Origin: a virus
Taxonomy: Duplodnaviria > Caudoviricetes
IMG/VR virus record: IMGVR_UViG_3300008255_000023
Location: 1 to 45,487 of that record
Direction: 5' to 3' (one strand)
Length of the DNA: 45,487 bases
A program made the translations under genes and the position numbers. The notes beneath the pieces were generated by a model. It ran no database searches and was not told where the DNA came from. It worked only from the letters and a program-made list of their open reading frames with translations. Below, piece by piece: positions 17,203 to 27,455 of this stretch (positions are counted from its first letter, which is position 1; each line of letters opens with the position of its first letter).

Positions 17203-17914
17203 TCGGCGCCCCTTGGCCCTTGAGTTGCGTTATCACAAAAACGGCGTCGTTTTGGTACGCGATGAACTTATCCATTCTCGCCGAACCGTAGGTAAGAAGA
17301 TTCCAGTCGTTCGACTTCGTCTCTCGAACCGAGCCCGCATTATACGCCGAGCAAAGTAGAACCGGATCGTCGTCGTCGAATCCTGCTTCGTCGGGTTCTT
17401 TCCGATCGATTTGGTGTCGCATGTAAGCAGCGCCGACCATGATCGACCGTGAAGGGATAAACAGATCTTCACGCGATAGCAGTTCGAGCGACCCGTCGAG
17501 ATTATAGTAAAGGCCGAAGGTTCGGTTTACCTCTCGCGCCGTCGAGATCAAGGTCTGCATAAGACCCGGCGAGACCCGATGCGGCGTCTTCTCGTCTGAG
17601 ATATAGCCCGGTTCCTCTCGGATTGACCTCGGGTCGAAGTGCGAGCGGTCGGCACGAACCTTCGTCGCTTCGACCGCCATCATTCCGACCAGCACGTAAC
17701 GCGGAATCCTGAGCGCGGTCTCGGCGAGACTTATGTCGGCCGCGTAGTCTTGAAACGCGTTCCAGGCTGTAAGCGGTTCGCCCTTCGTCCTGTAGACGAA
17801 ATGACCCGGTTCGATCTGATAGAAGTCGAACCCGCCGTCGGGCGGTGCGTCAGCGACGATCGTACCGTCGCAAAGCCGGTACCAGCCTCGACCGCCTTTG
17901 AACTTGTTCCACAT
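17195..17914 (-). CDS. Endolysin, SLT-type lytic transglycosylase
   Basis: GMMAVEA (catalytic Glu), SPGLMQTL, GAAYM, SAYNAG. Confidence 0.8.
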   Translation of the reverse strand: MWNKFKGGRGWYRLCDGTIVADAPPDGGFDFYQIEPGHFVYRTKGEPLTAWNAFQDYAADISLAETALRIPRYVLVGMMAVEATKVRADRSHFDPRSIREEPGYISDEKTPHRVSPGLMQTLISTAREVNRTFGLYYNLDGSLELLSREDLFIPSRSIMVGAAYMRHQIDRKEPDEAGFDDDDPVLLCSAYNAGSVRETKSNDWNLLTYGSARMDKFIAYQNDAVFVITQLKGQGAPNG

Positions 17915-17915
17915 A

Positions 17916-19067
17916 TTAAGCCCTCGGAAGCGGGTAGCCGAGAAAAGGAAACGGAATATCCGCAGGAAACAAAAAGCCAAGATACCTTGTCCACTTGACG
18001 TATTTTTTTCCGACCGCTGGCCCGTCAAAAACACGCAGATAGTGTTGACGCCTTAGGCGAGAATCACCTGATCCCATTTCCAAGCAAAGCCCAGGTTTCA
18101 GCCAGCCTTTATTGTAGCCTGCCGATGTAACAGCCACTTTTCGCGAAAGGGTCGCGTTGTCGCCGTCACGCGGAGTCGTTCCGTGCTCAGGAACTGCGTT
18201 TAGTTCGTCATTGAATGTGTACGCTCCGACTGGGCTGAGCGTAAAGGTTTTAACAAGCACACCGGAAGCATTGAGCCCTTGAATGCTAATGTTTTTCTCT
18301 GCGTTTGGGGTGCCATACGCTACGCTTCGTTCAATCCACATAACCCCTTCTGGGTAGATGTCGCCCGTATTCACAGGGTCGATCTGGTGAATGTGGCCAC
18401 ACATATATAAAGTTTTTGCTTCCGGCACGTCGTCGTATCCAAACCAGATCATTGCGGTGCTTTCTTCGGAATCAAGAACGACCATTAGGTCTACGCCGTC
18501 TGTATTTCTTCCCAAAAACGCGCCCTCGAACTCAGTACAGCCGTTCAAGAACCCAGATTGATTCGAGTAGGGATTGATTCCGCCAGAAGTGACCATATCG
18601 GAGAAGTCACCACCGCCGAGTTCGCCCGCATCGTTCCACCCGCCCGCAAAGGTTTTTGTGCCTGCGTACATATTGGGGAAGATTACTGGCGTCCAGTCTT
18701 GCGCTTTAAAGCCATCCGAAGGCGCGATCGTATAGGTCGCGTTTGGTATCAGGTAGTCGCCAGCGCCCGGATAATTCGCGCTGGTCCCGTATCCGCCAAT
18801 AAGCAGGACAAACTCAAAACCTTCCGGCGATTCGCCAACCATTCGCCTAATACGTATGGCATAAGTTCGGTTGTTGCCCCCTCCCACAAATTTTGCAATG
18901 TCGGAAATTTGCCAGTCGGAACCGACGCGCGCACGAAGCCTATCCCGAAAGTCTGCTATCATTACACTCATTCGAGCGTCTGGTGTCGTTGGGAAAACTA
19001 AGGTCTCGCTATGTGGCGTACGCAGATAATTCCCATCAATATTTAGGTCAGCGTATGCAATACCCAT
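17916..19067 (-). CDS. Putative distal tail / receptor-binding protein
   Basis: Last gene of the tail block, Gly/aromatic-rich, SD AGGA; composition differs from the rest of the genome. Confidence 0.5.
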   Translation of the reverse strand: MGIAYADLNIDGNYLRTPHSETLVFPTTPDARMSVMIADFRDRLRARVGSDWQISDIAKFVGGGNNRTYAIRIRRMVGESPEGFEFVLLIGGYGTSANYPGAGDYLIPNATYTIAPSDGFKAQDWTPVIFPNMYAGTKTFAGGWNDAGELGGGDFSDMVTSGGINPYSNQSGFLNGCTEFEGAFLGRNTDGVDLMVVLDSEESTAMIWFGYDDVPEAKTLYMCGHIHQIDPVNTGDIYPEGVMWIERSVAYGTPNAEKNISIQGLNASGVLVKTFTLSPVGAYTFNDELNAVPEHGTTPRDGDNATLSRKVAVTSAGYNKGWLKPGLCLEMGSGDSRLRRQHYLRVFDGPAVGKKYVKWTRYLGFLFPADIPFPFLGYPLPRA

Positions 19068-19078
19068 GAGTGTTGTTC

Positions 19079-19321
19079 CTAGATGTCTTCTTCTACCGTT
19101 GGGTAGGATGTTTGAATTTGTTGGTGCGTTGCGGTTACTTGGGTCGTGCCTTGTGTGAACGCTGTACCGCTCCAATACACAAGAACCCACTCGCCTGGAA
19201 CTGCGTAGTAGCCCGCTGGAAGTGAGCCCTCGGCCGCCGTGTTAAGCGCGGCGACCGTGGCGTACTCGGTGATCGCGGTTCCGCCGCCAGCCCTAGGGCC
19301 GAAACCTTTAAAGAACGCCAT
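19079..19321 (-). CDS. Small tail-associated protein
   Basis: Position in the tail-fibre block; YATVAAL...GYYAV...LVYWSG. Confidence 0.5.
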   Translation of the reverse strand: MAFFKGFGPRAGGGTAITEYATVAALNTAAEGSLPAGYYAVPGEWVLVYWSGTAFTQGTTQVTATHQQIQTSYPTVEEDI

Positions 19322-19324
19322 AGC

Positions 19325-19699
19325 TTATCCGTTGCAAGGACTGACATAGAGCGCGACGCTTGCGGCGCCGCCCATAGCAGTCAGTTCGACATAAACGCGA
19401 TCGAGGGTCCCGACGAAAGGAACCTCGGCGAGCGGCCGGGTCGCCGTGTTCGTCTTTCCGATAAGGTTCGAGAGCTCTTTCCACCTTCCGGCCGAGTAGC
19501 CCCAAACGGTCCAGACTGGCGAACCCGTGTCGGGTACGACTTCCACTTCGCACATGACGGCGCCGGAAGTATCAACGCCCACGAGAGCGCCCACAGGGGC
19601 TCCGTTCGCGACGGTTGCAGTAGCTTGAAGGGTCGACGTGAGACCGGCGCCGACGTTAAGTCTAGCCAGCTCGGCGAGCGTCTTAGTTGATAGCGACAT
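19325..19699 (-). CDS. Tail-associated beta-rich protein
   Basis: Position in the operon and Gly/Val/Thr-rich composition. Confidence 0.5.
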   Translation of the reverse strand: MSLSTKTLAELARLNVGAGLTSTLQATATVANGAPVGALVGVDTSGAVMCEVEVVPDTGSPVWTVWGYSAGRWKELSNLIGKTNTATRPLAEVPFVGTLDRVYVELTAMGGAASVALYVSPCNG

Positions 19700-19709
19700 T
19701 CGTTAACCT

Positions 19710-20954
19710 TTAAGGCACGGGCAACGCCATACACATCACGTGCACGCGGTCGCCGGTTGTAGGGTCGGCGAGAACGCCCGCCATCGTGTAGGTATTGATC
19801 ACAAGCCGGTTCGTTCCCGCGAAGTCCACGACGCTCGCTTCGACGTGAAGCGCGCCAGTACCGAAGAAGGTTGCGAAAGCGGCGCCGGCGTTGTCGAGAA
19901 TATCGACGTCGAATTGCACGTTAAAAGAACCGAGCCCGCCCACATCGGTTACGGTTCCGCCGAGATTATAGCCGGATTGCATGGCCCAAGTTCCGCCAGT
20001 GAACAGAAACGACGCCCAAGCGAGCGGCGTATTCTTCGCGGCGAGAACGCCGTAGGCGCTCGCGTCGTCGTCGTAGAAGTTAAAGATCCCGTCCGTGCCT
20101 GTATTCGTATGCGCCCGAAAGTCGTTCGTTTCGACCCTCTTCGCGGCGCCGCTAACCCGAAAGTTTCCGGCCTGCATCGGCATATCTGCGCCGGCCTGAT
20201 TCCTTACCCGCAAGTGCGTCGGCGAAGTATCCGAGTCGCGCTCGATCCGAATATGGTCGCCGTCCGGATTGCCAAAACATAACGCCCCTGCTCTCGTCAC
20301 GAGACCCGAGAACGCTTCGACGATACCGGCGCGAACTCGGTCCAGACTTCGAGCGTCGGTTACGTCAGAAGGGTTCACGTTCGCTTGTCCGTTCACTCGA
20401 AAAACTTCCGCGACCTTATAGGTTCCGGCCGGCGTCGAAGGTGCGACCGGCTCGGGCTCGACCGTCCCGGTTGTTACGACGATCTCGTAATCGAGCCGAA
20501 CCCGCTGGGGCGATGCGACCTGAGACTTCGTTAACGTCGACGGATCTTTGAACCAACGCGTTTGTGAATCTTCTTCGACTTCGAGTGGTCGAAGAGAAAT
20601 AACGTCGATCCGATCGTCGCCCGAGCCGTCGACGTTTGTCGCTAACGCGATCGTGTCGACTTCGTCTGAGAACACGATCTCCACTTCTCCGAGCCACGCG
20701 TCGGCCTCACTCGTATCGTACAAAAACGCGATCCCGGCCTTTAGCGAGACCAGCGCGTCGGCGCCGGTAGCCGTAGGCTCAAATGAAGACCCGATGAAAA
20801 CGGGCGCGTCGAGAACTGTAGAACCGTCGCCGGCGATCATGCGGGTGGCGAACCCGAGCGCCGCCATGTTCCGGACCGAACTTTTAGCGAGCCGAACCAC
20901 GTCGGTTGCGTCGAAGAGTTCGTAAGGTGTCTTTAATACTCTAAGAATCTGCAT
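19710..20954 (-). CDS. Tail fibre (baseplate-proximal)
   Basis: DRIDVISL...TGT...P.AP.TPAG..KVAEV...DVTDAR N-terminal motif typical of fibres; follows the baseplate wedge genes. Confidence 0.65.
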   Translation of the reverse strand: MQILRVLKTPYELFDATDVVRLAKSSVRNMAALGFATRMIAGDGSTVLDAPVFIGSSFEPTATGADALVSLKAGIAFLYDTSEADAWLGEVEIVFSDEVDTIALATNVDGSGDDRIDVISLRPLEVEEDSQTRWFKDPSTLTKSQVASPQRVRLDYEIVVTTGTVEPEPVAPSTPAGTYKVAEVFRVNGQANVNPSDVTDARSLDRVRAGIVEAFSGLVTRAGALCFGNPDGDHIRIERDSDTSPTHLRVRNQAGADMPMQAGNFRVSGAAKRVETNDFRAHTNTGTDGIFNFYDDDASAYGVLAAKNTPLAWASFLFTGGTWAMQSGYNLGGTVTDVGGLGSFNVQFDVDILDNAGAAFATFFGTGALHVEASVVDFAGTNRLVINTYTMAGVLADPTTGDRVHVMCMALPVP

Positions 20955-21648
20955 TTTCGTAGCCTCCCGGCCGAGCCTTAAATAGGCCCGCAAAATATGG
21001 TAACTGAGCCAAGTTCGAAACGGTAGAGCCCCAAGCGATGCCGAACCCTCGGCGCGCCTCGGTTGCGTCGAATATCTGACGAATATGCCGACGATCTAGA
21101 TCGTCTTGTGTTTCGTCGAGATAAGACTCGACGCCGAGGAATAGATCGACGTCGAGAAACGAGTCGAGAAGGTAGACGACTTCCGGCGTAGGAATAAAGA
21201 TCCAGAACAGGAATTTCGGCCCGTCTCGATCGGTAAGTAGCGAGCTCGTGTCGTCGAGAAAGAACCCGTCGCCGAGTACGTTCGCGTGCGGTTCTTCGAT
21301 CACAACCGAATAACCCTCGGCCGGCAAGAACCGCGAAAGCTCGGCGACGGCGTTACCCTCGGTCAATATTTGGGGCGACCAGCCTATTCGGGCGCGGTAG
21401 TCGTCGTCGGTCTCGCCCGGTCCGCGCTCGATTGCGTAGTCGGCGCCGTGCTCGTCTAACCAGAAGCCTAGCGCCGTTCCGGCGAACATCTGCTCCAACC
21501 ATCCGCCCGCGCCGTCGAAGAGCGTCTCGCGCGTCGCTAGCACGCTTGCGATGCCAGTAACGAGCGCCGACCCGACTGCGTTCTCGCTCCATTCGCGAGG
21601 AAATATCTTGTCGAGTTCGGCCTTGATTTGGGAAATAGTCCGCGCCAT
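20941..21648 (-). CDS. Baseplate wedge protein (P2 gpI / Mu gp48-like position)
   Basis: TALGFWLDEHGADYAIERGPGETDDDYRARI motif and synteny. Confidence 0.65.
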   Translation of the reverse strand: MARTISQIKAELDKIFPREWSENAVGSALVTGIASVLATRETLFDGAGGWLEQMFAGTALGFWLDEHGADYAIERGPGETDDDYRARIGWSPQILTEGNAVAELSRFLPAEGYSVVIEEPHANVLGDGFFLDDTSSLLTDRDGPKFLFWIFIPTPEVVYLLDSFLDVDLFLGVESYLDETQDDLDRRHIRQIFDATEARRGFGIAWGSTVSNLAQLPYFAGLFKARPGGYENADS

Positions 21649-21651
21649 GCG

Positions 21652-22179
21652 TTAAGCCTCGGTTTCGATATTTACGGCCGGGCCGCCTAAGACTCGCCAG
21701 GCAGAAAGCGCGGCGAGCGCGGCCGCCTGAATTCCCGCCTCGGTATATCCCGACGCCGGCCGGATCGTGAGGGTTACAATTCCCGATCCGATATCTTCTT
21801 CGATCGTGTAGGTCTCGACGCCCTCGACAATATTTTCGAGGAAATAGACCCAAGCCGGGCGAGTGCCGCGGCCGAGCGCCTGAATATAACTATAGTAGCG
21901 AACCCGGTAGTCGTCGTCAGACTCGCCCGAGAGTCTCGCCAGATCGACCCGGTCGGCGATTACGAAGTCGAGCTCGCCGCCTTCCGCGGTCGATACAAAG
22001 GCCGTTCGCGTTAACCGCATCATCCAACGATGGATCGCCCGCGCGACGGTCGCCACGGTGCCGGCCATAACGTCGAGACCCGAACCCGGAGAGAAGTCGG
22101 TTAGGCTCGTGCTCGCGTCGGCCGTAACGGCCGATTGCATCTCGTTATAAAGTTCTTGCTCGCTCGGCATTGTAGGCAT
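21652..22179 (-). CDS. Short baseplate J-like protein
   Basis: LTDFSPGS, FVSTAEGGELD, GESDDDYRVR, LGRGT, GIVTLTI; only 175 aa. Confidence 0.7.
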   Translation of the reverse strand: MPTMPSEQELYNEMQSAVTADASTSLTDFSPGSGLDVMAGTVATVARAIHRWMMRLTRTAFVSTAEGGELDFVIADRVDLARLSGESDDDYRVRYYSYIQALGRGTRPAWVYFLENIVEGVETYTIEEDIGSGIVTLTIRPASGYTEAGIQAAALAALSAWRVLGGPAVNIETEA

Positions 22180-22536
22180 TTAGATCACCACGTCAGGGAC
22201 AAGAAGATCGCCGTCAATCGTGCGAGCCTTCGTCTGTATTTCTGCCGAACTTCCGACCGCTTCGATCTCGACCGCGAACTCTTCGAGAAACGGTAAGGTT
22301 CCAAGGAACCGGCGCGCCTGATTCCCGAGTCGGGTTAGGTTGTCGTCGGTCGCTTTGGCGTTCGCGAAGTCTTCGAGGTTTGCGCCCCATTCTGGGCGGT
22401 GCACGATATCGCCCGGCGTTATGCCGTAACCGAAAACGATACGCTGAGACGCAAGTTCGTTACCCTCGACCATCGCGAGCCCGCCCGCGATCTCAGTGAA
22501 TGGTAACTTTATGTCGATCTTGTTTTCGTTCGCCAT
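22180..22536 (-). CDS. Baseplate wedge gp25/gpW-like protein
   Basis: TPGDIVHRPEWGANL motif and synteny. Confidence 0.75.
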   Translation of the reverse strand: MANENKIDIKLPFTEIAGGLAMVEGNELASQRIVFGYGITPGDIVHRPEWGANLEDFANAKATDDNLTRLGNQARRFLGTLPFLEEFAVEIEAVGSSAEIQTKARTIDGDLLVPDVVI

Positions 22537-23111
22537 TATTCCGACCTCGTCTTCGTCGACGCTACACTTTCGGGCGCCGTTGGGAAAGCCAGGCTAAACG
22601 CGATCTTGAGCGACTTCGAGTCGGTATCGCTTAACGGTAGCCACGTCGCGAACACGCCGTAAAGCCTTCCGAATATAGCGTCGACCTTGTTCGCAAGCGC
22701 GACCATCGAGACCGCGGCGTCGCCGCCGAGCCTTATGTCGGGCGCTTCGACCGTCACCTTCGAGTTCGAAACGAGTCGAACTTCTTCGCCGTCCCGGGCG
22801 TAAACGTAAACCGTCCCGGGCGATACGTTAGGCGCCGCAGAATTTCCCGAGCGAGATATCCACCCGAGGACGTAGCCTTCATTCCGATCGCCGTCGACGA
22901 ATCCAATTAGAGCAAGCTCGCCGGCCCGTGGTACGCGGAAAACACTTCCGGCCGAGATAGCCTCTTCGACGATAACCGTCTCGCCAGTCGTCGAGAGCTT
23001 GAAGTCGATCTCGATCATTCCGTCTTCGACCGTGCCGTCTGAGATTACGACGCCCTCGGCGAGTACCATCGCCCGCCCGTCGAGTTCCTGTAGTTTCGCC
23101 TCAATACTCAT
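22536..23111 (-). CDS. Baseplate central spike (gpV/gp45-like)
   Basis: FRVPRAGELALIGFVDGD...YVLG OB-fold motif followed by short beta repeats. Confidence 0.75.
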   Translation of the reverse strand: MSIEAKLQELDGRAMVLAEGVVISDGTVEDGMIEIDFKLSTTGETVIVEEAISAGSVFRVPRAGELALIGFVDGDRNEGYVLGWISRSGNSAAPNVSPGTVYVYARDGEEVRLVSNSKVTVEAPDIRLGGDAAVSMVALANKVDAIFGRLYGVFATWLPLSDTDSKSLKIAFSLAFPTAPESVASTKTRSE

Positions 23112-24460
23112 GCGTCGGCCGTAATAAAGTTGATCGCGCTTACATCGAGTTTATAACCGCCGTCCGAAGTGAATTCGTGCGACGCCGTGTCGACGAAGAA
23201 TAACTCGTCGAAGAGTCTATACCCTCGTGCCAGTATCGCCGCGACCTCGTGTTGATAACCGGCCGTGATTAACTGGCGTTCCTTCTCGGCCGACGATACG
23301 GCCTTCTCTAAAACCTTTCGAGCGTCGGGTTCGACACGTATTCGAAGCGGCGACCCGTTTCGAAGCTGAGTCGTCGGGAACATATCGCCCGAGAAGTCGA
23401 GACGTTGATCGATCTCGCGCGGAACCGGCCGCGGCGAGACCGCCATATCGAAAGTTGAGAAGCTGATCTCGATTTGCTCGCGAGCGTGGAATTCGTAAAC
23501 CTGTAGCGCGACGCTATTTAAGATCTCGACGGTCGGCGCCGGGTGTCGAATCACGAAGCGCCGGAATTCCACGTCGGTTGTCTTCTTTGCGCGCTCTTTA
23601 ACCCGCATCGCTCGCGCCGACTCGCGCCAGTCGACCGGGTAGCGACCCTCGACCAGTGCGCCCGTCGAAGGATCGATCGACTGCACCAGAACATTGGGTA
23701 CGTCCGGCTTTCCAAGTCTCCGCTTGATCTCTAGGTCTCGAAGGTTGCGCCCCTCGACGAAGAGCGGCGAGCGCGAACCGTCGATCTCAGATAGTACGTT
23801 TCGGGGCGGTTGAATCACGATCCGATCTCGGTCGACCGTAACGATCGCGCCGACCTTCATCCCGAGATCGATTAGCGCCTCCCATACCGATTTATCAGGT
23901 TGAGCTGTGTACTGCTTACGCTTGCGCCCGGCGCCAGTCGGGACCACTGGATCGAACCCGTCGAGCGACACCACGTCGACCCGTCCCGCAAAGGCTGGAA
24001 TTGATTCTTTGACCTCTTCGACGATCTCGGAAAGCTTGCGGCCGAGAGCAACGGTTCGCCCTTGCCATTTTTCGTCTAAAAGCATTCCGGCATAATCCCG
24101 GCCCGAGAGCTTCACGGTCGAAACATCATCAGTTTTGATCGACTTCGAGATCTCGTCGGTCTGTCCGAGGATCATTCGGTTGGTGTCTGAGTTCGTGTCG
24201 ATCTTTGCGGTAAGGCTTCCGGCGTCGCCGAGGTGAATGTCGACGGCGACGGCGAGCACGTCTCGCACGTCGAGAGGAAATAAGGCCTCGTCGATCTCGA
24301 TCTCGAAGGTGTCGGCCGTTAACGTGTTATTCGATTCGTATCTAATCCGAATAGGCGGAACCGCGCCGAGTCGGATCAAGCCGGCGCCCTGAATCGGGAC
24401 CGTGTCGCCGGTTGCGATCGCGAGATTGACTCGGCCTTGCGGGTAAGATTCTGGGTACAT
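23108..24460 (-). CDS. Baseplate hub (gpD/gp44-like)
   Basis: ADTFEIEI, LSGRDYAGMLLD and FFVDTASHEF motifs; synteny. Confidence 0.75.
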   Translation of the reverse strand: MYPESYPQGRVNLAIATGDTVPIQGAGLIRLGAVPPIRIRYESNNTLTADTFEIEIDEALFPLDVRDVLAVAVDIHLGDAGSLTAKIDTNSDTNRMILGQTDEISKSIKTDDVSTVKLSGRDYAGMLLDEKWQGRTVALGRKLSEIVEEVKESIPAFAGRVDVVSLDGFDPVVPTGAGRKRKQYTAQPDKSVWEALIDLGMKVGAIVTVDRDRIVIQPPRNVLSEIDGSRSPLFVEGRNLRDLEIKRRLGKPDVPNVLVQSIDPSTGALVEGRYPVDWRESARAMRVKERAKKTTDVEFRRFVIRHPAPTVEILNSVALQVYEFHAREQIEISFSTFDMAVSPRPVPREIDQRLDFSGDMFPTTQLRNGSPLRIRVEPDARKVLEKAVSSAEKERQLITAGYQHEVAAILARGYRLFDELFFVDTASHEFTSDGGYKLDVSAINFITADA

Positions 24461-24463
24461 GGA

Positions 24464-25453
24464 TCACCTTCTTGGAATCTTGAGAACCGAACCCGTTACA
24501 AGCGTCGCCGAGTCTAGATCGTTCGCGTCGGCGATCTCGGTCCATCGCGAGAAGTCGCCGAGGTATAACTTCGCCAGTGCTTGGAGTGTATCACCTTCGC
24601 GCACTATATGTGTGCGTTGTCGGATCGGTCGCTGAAGGCTTAGAAACTTTCGAAGCATCGCGATCAGGTCTTCGATCGATTGGTCGACGCGTCGAGAACC
24701 CTCGGTTATGTACTCGCCACCGCCAAGCCAGGCAGGGGCCGAAGCGCCGAACAGTGACTCGCCGGCGCCCTGTAGTCGCCCCTTAACGCTGCTTAGAGTT
24801 CTTTGTCCCGCTAAAAGCGACCTAACGACTAGGCCGATCTGTTGCGACGTCAGGTCGGCATAATCCGCGACCTTCGAGACGTACCCGAGCACGTTCGACG
24901 TAATATTTCTAACGCTCGCGAGCCCGAGAACGATATCGCCGACGAATGAAAGATCTAAGCCGTCCGGCGCCGCTTCGAAAAAACTCGCCGTCGACGCGAG
25001 TCGAGAGTCGAGAAGCTCGGCGAGATCGTTCGGCGGTTCGGCGAACGCTATGTAAATCTGCGAACTCGGGTCTTTGCGCCAGTAAGGTTCGAACATAATT
25101 CGATACGTGATTCGCGCCGAATTCTTTTCGACGAACTCGGCGTCGAGAGTCCCCCATAGTTCGGTCTTCCCATACTCCATTCGCACGATCTCGCCGAGCG
25201 CGACCAGCGCGTCGATCGTGCCGCGCATCTCTAAGGCGTGGCCGGTTTCGCCGGCCCATGTATCATCGAACACGCCCTCGAAGTCGATCGGCTTGAGCTC
25301 GGTCCCGTGAACCTGAACCGACGCATAGTCGCCCGAGTATCGCGAGACCGTTTTTCGAAGTTTGGCGCCTGTCTGCATCTCTTTGGGCAAGTCGCTATCT
25401 TTTAGCTCGAAAGAGTCGCCGGATTCCTCGGCCGTGAATAATACTGAGCCCAT
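24464..25453 (-). CDS. Tail tube initiator with C-terminal LysM-like (gpX) domain
   Basis: HIVREGDTLQALAKLYLGDFSRWTEIADAN...GSVLKIP. Confidence 0.8.
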   Translation of the reverse strand: MGSVLFTAEESGDSFELKDSDLPKEMQTGAKLRKTVSRYSGDYASVQVHGTELKPIDFEGVFDDTWAGETGHALEMRGTIDALVALGEIVRMEYGKTELWGTLDAEFVEKNSARITYRIMFEPYWRKDPSSQIYIAFAEPPNDLAELLDSRLASTASFFEAAPDGLDLSFVGDIVLGLASVRNITSNVLGYVSKVADYADLTSQQIGLVVRSLLAGQRTLSSVKGRLQGAGESLFGASAPAWLGGGEYITEGSRRVDQSIEDLIAMLRKFLSLQRPIRQRTHIVREGDTLQALAKLYLGDFSRWTEIADANDLDSATLVTGSVLKIPRR

Positions 25454-25457
25454 AGGG

Positions 25458-27452
25458 TTACCTCGCCCTTACACCGGCCGCGGCCCGTGGAAATTTGCGC
25501 ATCGTGTCGCCGATAACCTCGCCGACTCGTAACGCGATCCGGTCTGGGTTCGCGTCGGTCGTAATCGTCTGGTTGATCGTCACTGCGATTTTAGGAGCTT
25601 TCACGCCGCCCGCGGCCGCTGCCTCTTCGTCTTCTTTTTCCTTCTCTTCTTTCTTCTTCTTTTCGAGAGCCCTATACGCCGCGATCTCGGCCTTGCGCCT
25701 TTCGTCCATCGTCTTTGCCATGCCATCCGAGAACGCCTTCTTAACGAAATCCGGGTCGAACGCGGCCGAGAAACCCTTCTTTTCGAATTGAGTTATGATC
25801 GACCCGATACCCATAGCGGCGCCGCGAAACACGGCGAACATATAGGAGAAGGCTCGCGCGAGCTGTTCGACTACCTTAACGCCGGCGCCGATAACACCAA
25901 CGACACCAGTCCCGAGCCAGTCGACCAGGCTTTTGATTCCTGAGACGAACCCGCCCGAACTTCCGAACTGGATCGCGATCATGTCTAAAGCGATCATGAG
26001 CTCGTCGACCGACGTTCGGAAAAATTGCGTCGCTTCGTTCGCGCCGTCTTTGAGCACTCGAAAGGTTCCGGCGATCATTCCGACAATCACGATCAAGGGT
26101 AGAAGGATCGTCGAGAGCGTCGCCAGTCCGCCCGTTAAGGCGGGAAGGCCGCCTGTTAGAGCGGACATCGCGCCGCCCTTTAGCGCCGAAGCGCCGCGGT
26201 TAAGTGTTTCGAAGTTCACGCCGTCGCCGTTGATCTGGCGAGCGCCGGCCGCCTTTAATCCGCGCCAGCCTTTCGAGAAGCGATCTTGTCTCGGCCCGAA
26301 CGAACCGCCGAACATAAGCTCGCCGATCCCTGAGACCGCGCCGCCCGCAAGTCTTCCCGGCGCCGATAGTGCGCCCTTGCCGATTCGAGAAGCCGACCCA
26401 AGGTTCGCCGCGAGACTTGCGCCGATACCCGAACCGCTAACGGCCGTTCCGGCGAACTGAGCGAGCCCGAACGCCTTCTTCGCCGCGATTACTGACCCGA
26501 CTAGGGCGATACCTCGAAAGTTCTCTAGGATTGATTTCGTGATGGTCTCGGCGATCCTGAGACCGGCCGCGAGTTTTCCGCCGATCTTCTCGCCAAGCGC
26601 CTCGACTTCGCCGGCGTTATCCGAGAAGTATTGAACCATTCGACTTAGGATCTTGCTCGCCTCTTTTAGGACTGGGCCGCCGATCGTTCGAAGCAGCTCG
26701 TCGCCGAGTTCTTGAACCGAAGCGAGAAGGCCGCCGAACGAATCCCCAAACTCGGCGTTGACCGCATCCATTCCGGCGAGCGTATCGTTAAGCGCGTCGA
26801 AGACTTTCATCGGGTTAGACTTCGCCAGTTTGTTGAACGACTCGGTGTCTTTCGTTCCGGTCTTCGCGTAAAGGTCGGCCTTTAGCGAGTTGAACGTCTT
26901 TGTATCTGAGCCCGCTTGACCTTGCAGGATCTGAAGCATATCTCGCCCGGCCTGCTCATAGTCGCCGCCCGTGAACGCTTTGGCGGCCGGAACAGAACGC
27001 GAGATAAACTGATCGATCTTATCGTTCGATATCCCTAGCGGCGCGAGCCCGGGCGCAACGCCGCCGAACAACGTCAAAAAGTCCTGAGACGTTGCCGGCG
27101 AAGTGATCGAAGACTTCTTGAATTTATCGAATAGGGTTCCGGCGCGCTTTAAATTGTCTGCGAACTTGCCCGGGTTCGACTGCTCGAACACGGCCGCGAT
27201 CTGGATCTTCGCGTCGGCCGCGGCGTTCGTGAGTGTCACCATTCTTTTCGTAAGAAGGCCGGCGCCGAGAACCGCGCCGCCGAGTATTGCACCCTTGATT
27301 GCGCCGCCGAAGGTGGCCCATAGCCCTTTGGCTTTTTCGACCCTCTCGGCGTGTCGGTCGACTTTGGCGGTAAGTCTGTCGACCTTGTTCTCGGTCGAGC
27401 TGGTGTCGGTCTCAAACCGGGTGATGACCTTATACATTGTGGAAAGTGGCAT
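25458..27452 (-). CDS. Tape measure protein
   Basis: 664 aa, Ala/Gly-rich and helical; follows the tail assembly chaperone. Confidence 0.8.
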   Translation of the reverse strand: MPLSTMYKVITRFETDTSSTENKVDRLTAKVDRHAERVEKAKGLWATFGGAIKGAILGGAVLGAGLLTKRMVTLTNAAADAKIQIAAVFEQSNPGKFADNLKRAGTLFDKFKKSSITSPATSQDFLTLFGGVAPGLAPLGISNDKIDQFISRSVPAAKAFTGGDYEQAGRDMLQILQGQAGSDTKTFNSLKADLYAKTGTKDTESFNKLAKSNPMKVFDALNDTLAGMDAVNAEFGDSFGGLLASVQELGDELLRTIGGPVLKEASKILSRMVQYFSDNAGEVEALGEKIGGKLAAGLRIAETITKSILENFRGIALVGSVIAAKKAFGLAQFAGTAVSGSGIGASLAANLGSASRIGKGALSAPGRLAGGAVSGIGELMFGGSFGPRQDRFSKGWRGLKAAGARQINGDGVNFETLNRGASALKGGAMSALTGGLPALTGGLATLSTILLPLIVIVGMIAGTFRVLKDGANEATQFFRTSVDELMIALDMIAIQFGSSGGFVSGIKSLVDWLGTGVVGVIGAGVKVVEQLARAFSYMFAVFRGAAMGIGSIITQFEKKGFSAAFDPDFVKKAFSDGMAKTMDERRKAEIAAYRALEKKKKEEKEKEDEEAAAAGGVKAPKIAVTINQTITTDANPDRIALRVGEVIGDTMRKFPRAAAGVRAR

Positions 27453-27455
27453 CGC

